From Occultella glacieicola (GTDB taxonomy: Bacteria; Actinomycetota; Actinomycetes; Actinomycetales; Beutenbergiaceae): a DNA stretch of 64,000 bases. The translations under genes were made by a program, and so were the position numbers. The stretch lies in the NCBI RefSeq assembly GCF_004353825.1, contig NZ_SMNA01000004.1, positions 372,001 through 436,000 on the forward strand, given 5' to 3'. Positions 60,706-64,000 of this stretch are shown in pieces (position 1 is the first letter of the stretch; each line of letters begins with the position of its first letter). Below the pieces are notes generated by a model. The model was not told where the DNA came from and did no database searches. It saw nothing but the letters and a program-made list of their open reading frames with translations.

Positions 60706-62430
60706 CTAGGCAGCGGCGGGCCGCACAAGGCGCCCTGCCGTCGGCTCAATCGTCCAGCCGTCGTCGATGAGCGCTGACGTCACGGTGCGCAGGTCTAGGT
60801 CGGCCACGCTCCATCCGCTGCGCAGAGCGTGTCGCAGGAGCTCGAGGTACAGGTGGCTCGGCGTCGGCACTCCCTTGCCGGCAAGCTCGCGGCCAATTAC
60901 CGCGACTTCTTCGCTGCTGGGGTCAATGAGCGACGCCTCAGCATTCTCGGCCTGGACCATCGTGAGCACGAGGTCGAGCGTGGCTACGTGCTCGAAGCCC
61001 GACGCGAGACCCTTCACGGATCGCTGGCCCTTGTTGAGGATCACGATGCGCTCGGGCTCGATTTTCAGACCCGCCGCGGCGACGGCACGCTGCACGAGTG
61101 CCCAGACCTTGCCTGACGAGTTTCCGAAGACCATCGAGACGCGGCCACCCGGTTTGAGGATCCGCCGGCACTCGCGGAGCGCATCGGTGAGTAGTTGCTC
61201 GTAACGCCCAGCGGAGCGCTTCGTCCCCGTGCTGCGGTCGATGACGGCTTCCTGTGTGACGTCCGTGAAGCCATCAAGCCAGCCCTCCTGGAAGAGGGCC
61301 ATGTCGGCGTAATACAGGTTCGACCCGAAGGGTGGATCGGTGAAGACGTAGTCAGCGCTGGCGTCAGGGATACTCAGGGCCGCTGCGCTCTCAGTGACGT
61401 ACTCGGACACTGCATTGTCAGCGTCCGAGCCATGCGCGAAGGCGCGGTCCCGGATCCACTCATCCGCGCGAGCGACCGAGACGACCTTGCGCTCAAACAG
61501 CTCGAGGACATTCCACTCATAGAAGATCGGGGCGATGTAGTAGTTCGCGTTCGCGGCGTTGAGCGGGCGCTTATGTGACCACTGGTAACGCTTGCTCGCG
61601 CGCGTCAGCGTCGCGGTGAACGCGAATAGGAGCTTGCTCGACAGCGACGCATTCTCGACCTCACGGATCTGCTGCCGTAATGCAACGAGCGCGTGCAGGT
61701 TCCGAGGCGAGTAGAACGAGGCGACGGTGGTGTGCCCGCTTTTGCCGAGCGCGGAGGCTCGGTACATCTCGCGGTCGGGCGTGATCTCTACTCGGGGGAA
61801 GTCAAGTACCTTGGTCGGCAGCTCAGGCGCCGACCGGGCGGGCTGCTCGCGCTGCTTGGACGAGCAGTCACACGAGACATAGTCGACCACCGGTTCTTCG
61901 CCGACGCGGTCGAGCCTGCTGGTGATCGCGGCAGCGCAATGCGGGCATTGCATGTTCGACTTCGACCACTTGGCAGCTTCGAGCGAGCGGTGGAAGTTGA
62001 CCGGCTCGTGGCACGAGCCGCACTCGACCAGCACGCTCCAGACGGTCTTGGACAGTCGCGCTTCACGGCCGCAGTTGTCACACGGCACTGAGTAGAGCGA
62101 GCCGACCTCAGCCTCGGCGCCCTTGAGTGCCTTGGTCCCTGCCGCTTGCAACTCCGTGCCGTCAACGAGGTTCACATAGTTCGACCCGATGTGCCGCCCG
62201 AGCACGGAGATGTCAGAGAGGCGCGAGCTGCGCCCGGTGGCGATCGCCGCCACGCCCGTCATGCCGGAGCCAGCAAACGGGTCGACGACGAGGCCACCGG
62301 GCGGGCAGTAGGCCTCAATGAACGGCGTAATCCCAGGGACGGGCACCTTGGTCAGATAGGCGTGCGCCATGTAGACGGGGTCGCCCCGCCCTACCACGAT
62401 CTCTTCGGCCATCTGGCTGATGCTACTCAT
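60706..62430 (-). CDS. Amino (N6-A/N4-C) DNA methyltransferase with Zn-ribbon insert
   Basis: Motif I VVDPFAGSGMTG, several CxxC, motif IV FTDPPF, RILKPGG; alternative start at 62445. Confidence 0.9.
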   Translation of the reverse strand: MSSISQMAEEIVVGRGDPVYMAHAYLTKVPVPGITPFIEAYCPPGGLVVDPFAGSGMTGVAAIATGRSSRLSDISVLGRHIGSNYVNLVDGTELQAAGTKALKGAEAEVGSLYSVPCDNCGREARLSKTVWSVLVECGSCHEPVNFHRSLEAAKWSKSNMQCPHCAAAITSRLDRVGEEPVVDYVSCDCSSKQREQPARSAPELPTKVLDFPRVEITPDREMYRASALGKSGHTTVASFYSPRNLHALVALRQQIREVENASLSSKLLFAFTATLTRASKRYQWSHKRPLNAANANYYIAPIFYEWNVLELFERKVVSVARADEWIRDRAFAHGSDADNAVSEYVTESAAALSIPDASADYVFTDPPFGSNLYYADMALFQEGWLDGFTDVTQEAVIDRSTGTKRSAGRYEQLLTDALRECRRILKPGGRVSMVFGNSSGKVWALVQRAVAAAGLKIEPERIVILNKGQRSVKGLASGFEHVATLDLVLTMVQAENAEASLIDPSSEEVAVIGRELAGKGVPTPSHLYLELLRHALRSGWSVADLDLRTVTSALIDDGWTIEPTAGRLVRPAAA

Positions 62431-62445
62431 AGTCTGTAGACCCAT
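62429..62445. promoter_or_regulatory. Candidate C-box palindrome between methyltransferase and C genes
   Basis: ATAGTCTGTAGACCCAT (GTCT-gt-AGAC). Confidence 0.45.
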
Positions 62446-62474
62446 CGTCTGCGTAGTCCTAGCTTCGGTTCATC

Positions 62475-62714
62475 ATGATGCACGAAGCCGACAAGGCGAT
62501 GGATCTTGTCCACAGGGCTGCGTTCGGTGACCGTATCCGTGAGCTGCGCCACGCCGCCGGCTTGTCCCAGGAGGAGCTCGCCGAGGCTTCGGGACTCCAC
62601 CGCACCTACATCTCTTCGCTCGAACGCGGCCAGCGCAACGTCGGGCTGGACAACATCCACGTACTCGCGGGTGCGCTGGGCGTCACTGCTTCCACGCTAC
62701 TCGAGGACGCCTGA
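62475..62714 (+). CDS. Xre-family controller (C) protein of an R-M system
   Basis: FGDRIRELR..GLSQEELA..SGLHRTYISSLERGQRN. Confidence 0.88.
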   Translation: MMHEADKAMDLVHRAAFGDRIRELRHAAGLSQEELAEASGLHRTYISSLERGQRNVGLDNIHVLAGALGVTASTLLEDA

Positions 62715-62717
62715 CGT

Positions 62718-64000
62718 ATGGCGTTCAAAGAGGAAGAGGACTTTGCGCGCTTCCTGACCATGGGCGCCTACGCGACCGCCGCAGTCAGTGACGACTTGGA
62801 GCGACGCGGGCACGAGATCATCGAGCTGGAACGCTACGCCAAGGCGAACAAGATCTGGATGACTAAGGTCAAGCGTCTGCGCCTAGCCGACTTGCTGTGC
62901 ATCCGCTGCGGGCGGCGCTTCGAGTCCAAGGGCAAGACAAAGCTTGAGTTCAAGTTGTCGCACTCGGGTAGGACGCCCGGCCGCGAGTGGTGGGCTGGAA
63001 TGCGCCAGGAAGACGTATTCGCGTTCGTGCGCGTACGCGTCACCGAGCATGGTCCAGATGTCGGCCAAGTCGCCTACGTGACACGGCAGGCGTTGCACGA
63101 TGCCGAGCCGTCGCTCAGGGAGGGTATGCGCAAGGCCATCGCGGACGGCGCAGAGTCGGATGTGTCGTGGCCTACCACAGTGCCGACGCAGGGTGGCGAG
63201 GTGCTCGACGTCGATGCCTCGAACAAGACCGTGGTGGTGCTCAAGGACAGCGGTCGGCGACAAACCTACAAAGGCACACACTGGGCTGCGTTCTATCCGC
63301 TGCGGGGCGTGGGCGAGCACTTCGAGGCGGGTGACGTCCTGGCAACCTGCGTTGAGCCTGCTGAAGTGACGTGCGCGGGTGACGTATGGGACTGGCGTGC
63401 CGATCTCGTAGCCAGCGACCAGGACCTGAGCTTCCCGTCGGTCAAGGCAGCGCGCTTCCTCGGGCCCGAACAGGTTGCTGACGAGCTCCGCGCGATCCAG
63501 GCCCACACAGCCAACGACTGGCGCCTGCGACTGGAGGCCGCCGCCAGTCTCGCGCCGGTGGACGAAAGGGCGACGGTCTACCTGCTCGACCGCGCAATGG
63601 ACAGCAGCGCCAAGGAAGGCGAGCAGATGGAGGCGGTCTTCACGCTCTCCGAGCTTGACACTGTGGCGGCGGTCAGAGCACTCGAAGCCATAGTGAGCGC
63701 GACCGGCAAGGTGCAGAGCGAAGTTCGCGCCGCTGCTGCATGGGGTCTCGGGCTGGGTGCGCGACCGTCGCTTGACCCGCTCCTGCCGTTGGTCTCCGAC
63801 GACGACAATGTCGTGGCACTACACGCCGCTGCGGCGATGCCGGACGTACTGCCGAGTTCGATAGTGGACGCACTGCTTGCAGCCGTTACCGACGGCTCAG
63901 TGCGTGAGGCAACATCTGCCGCTCATCTACTGGCGAGGCACGGGCACGCCCGCACGTTATTAGGCGTCCTTAACCAAATGTCCGTCGAGGTGTATCTGAT
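62718..64000 (+). CDS. Putative PD-(D/E)xK restriction endonuclease with C-terminal HEAT-like repeats; truncated by window end
   Basis: Hand translation MAFKEEEDFARFLTMGA...LRLADLLCIRCGRRFESKGK...; DWRLRLEAAASL, SEVRAAAAWGLG, DNVVALHAAAAM; ATG 3 nt after the C-gene stop. Confidence 0.75.
   Translation, partial: MAFKEEEDFARFLTMGAYATAAVSDDLERRGHEIIELERYAKANKIWMTKVKRLRLADLLCIRCGRRFESKGKTKLEFKLSHSGRTPGREWWAGMRQEDVFAFVRVRVTEHGPDVGQVAYVTRQALHDAEPSLREGMRKAIADGAESDVSWPTTVPTQGGEVLDVDASNKTVVVLKDSGRRQTYKGTHWAAFYPLRGVGEHFEAGDVLATCVEPAEVTCAGDVWDWRADLVASDQDLSFPSVKAARFLGPEQVADELRAIQAHTANDWRLRLEAAASLAPVDERATVYLLDRAMDSSAKEGEQMEAVFTLSELDTVAAVRALEAIVSATGKVQSEVRAAAAWGLGLGARPSLDPLLPLVSDDDNVVALHAAAAMPDVLPSSIVDALLAAVTDGSVREATSAAHLLARHGHARTLLGVLNQMSVEVYL

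Overview
High-GC actinobacterial chromosome segment (Micrococcales-like, inferred from gene content and codon style). 1-55.4 kb is mostly metabolic and accessory: an Ig-like surface protein (truncated by the window edge), xdhABC, ddh, a histidine utilisation set (hutI-hutU, hutH, IclR-type hutR, hutG) broken up by unrelated genes, an ECF42/DGPF module, four RibD/DHFR-like paralogs, a putative exported nuclease toxin, two LacI-regulated sugar ABC systems, and a two-component pair split by an aldehyde dehydrogenase/FAH-family insert. From ~55.4 kb the DNA looks more AT-rich by eye and forms a defence-type island: SRA-like HNH nuclease, HEPN-motif protein, IS1634-like and other gene relics, and a methyltransferase/C-protein/HEAT-repeat endonuclease R-M system running off the end. 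The most unusual signals are non-coding: (i) a circularly permuted tRNA-like RNA with canonical arm lengths (59660-59729, minus) abutting the HEPN gene, (ii) a tRNA-Cys-like 3' half joined to an IS200/IS605 right-end (omegaRNA)-like element (33901-34053), (iii) a riboswitch-like leader upstream of xdhA, and (iv) a 14-bp palindrome that has expanded in-frame inside hutI. All family assignments are from motif recognition by eye, not database searches.
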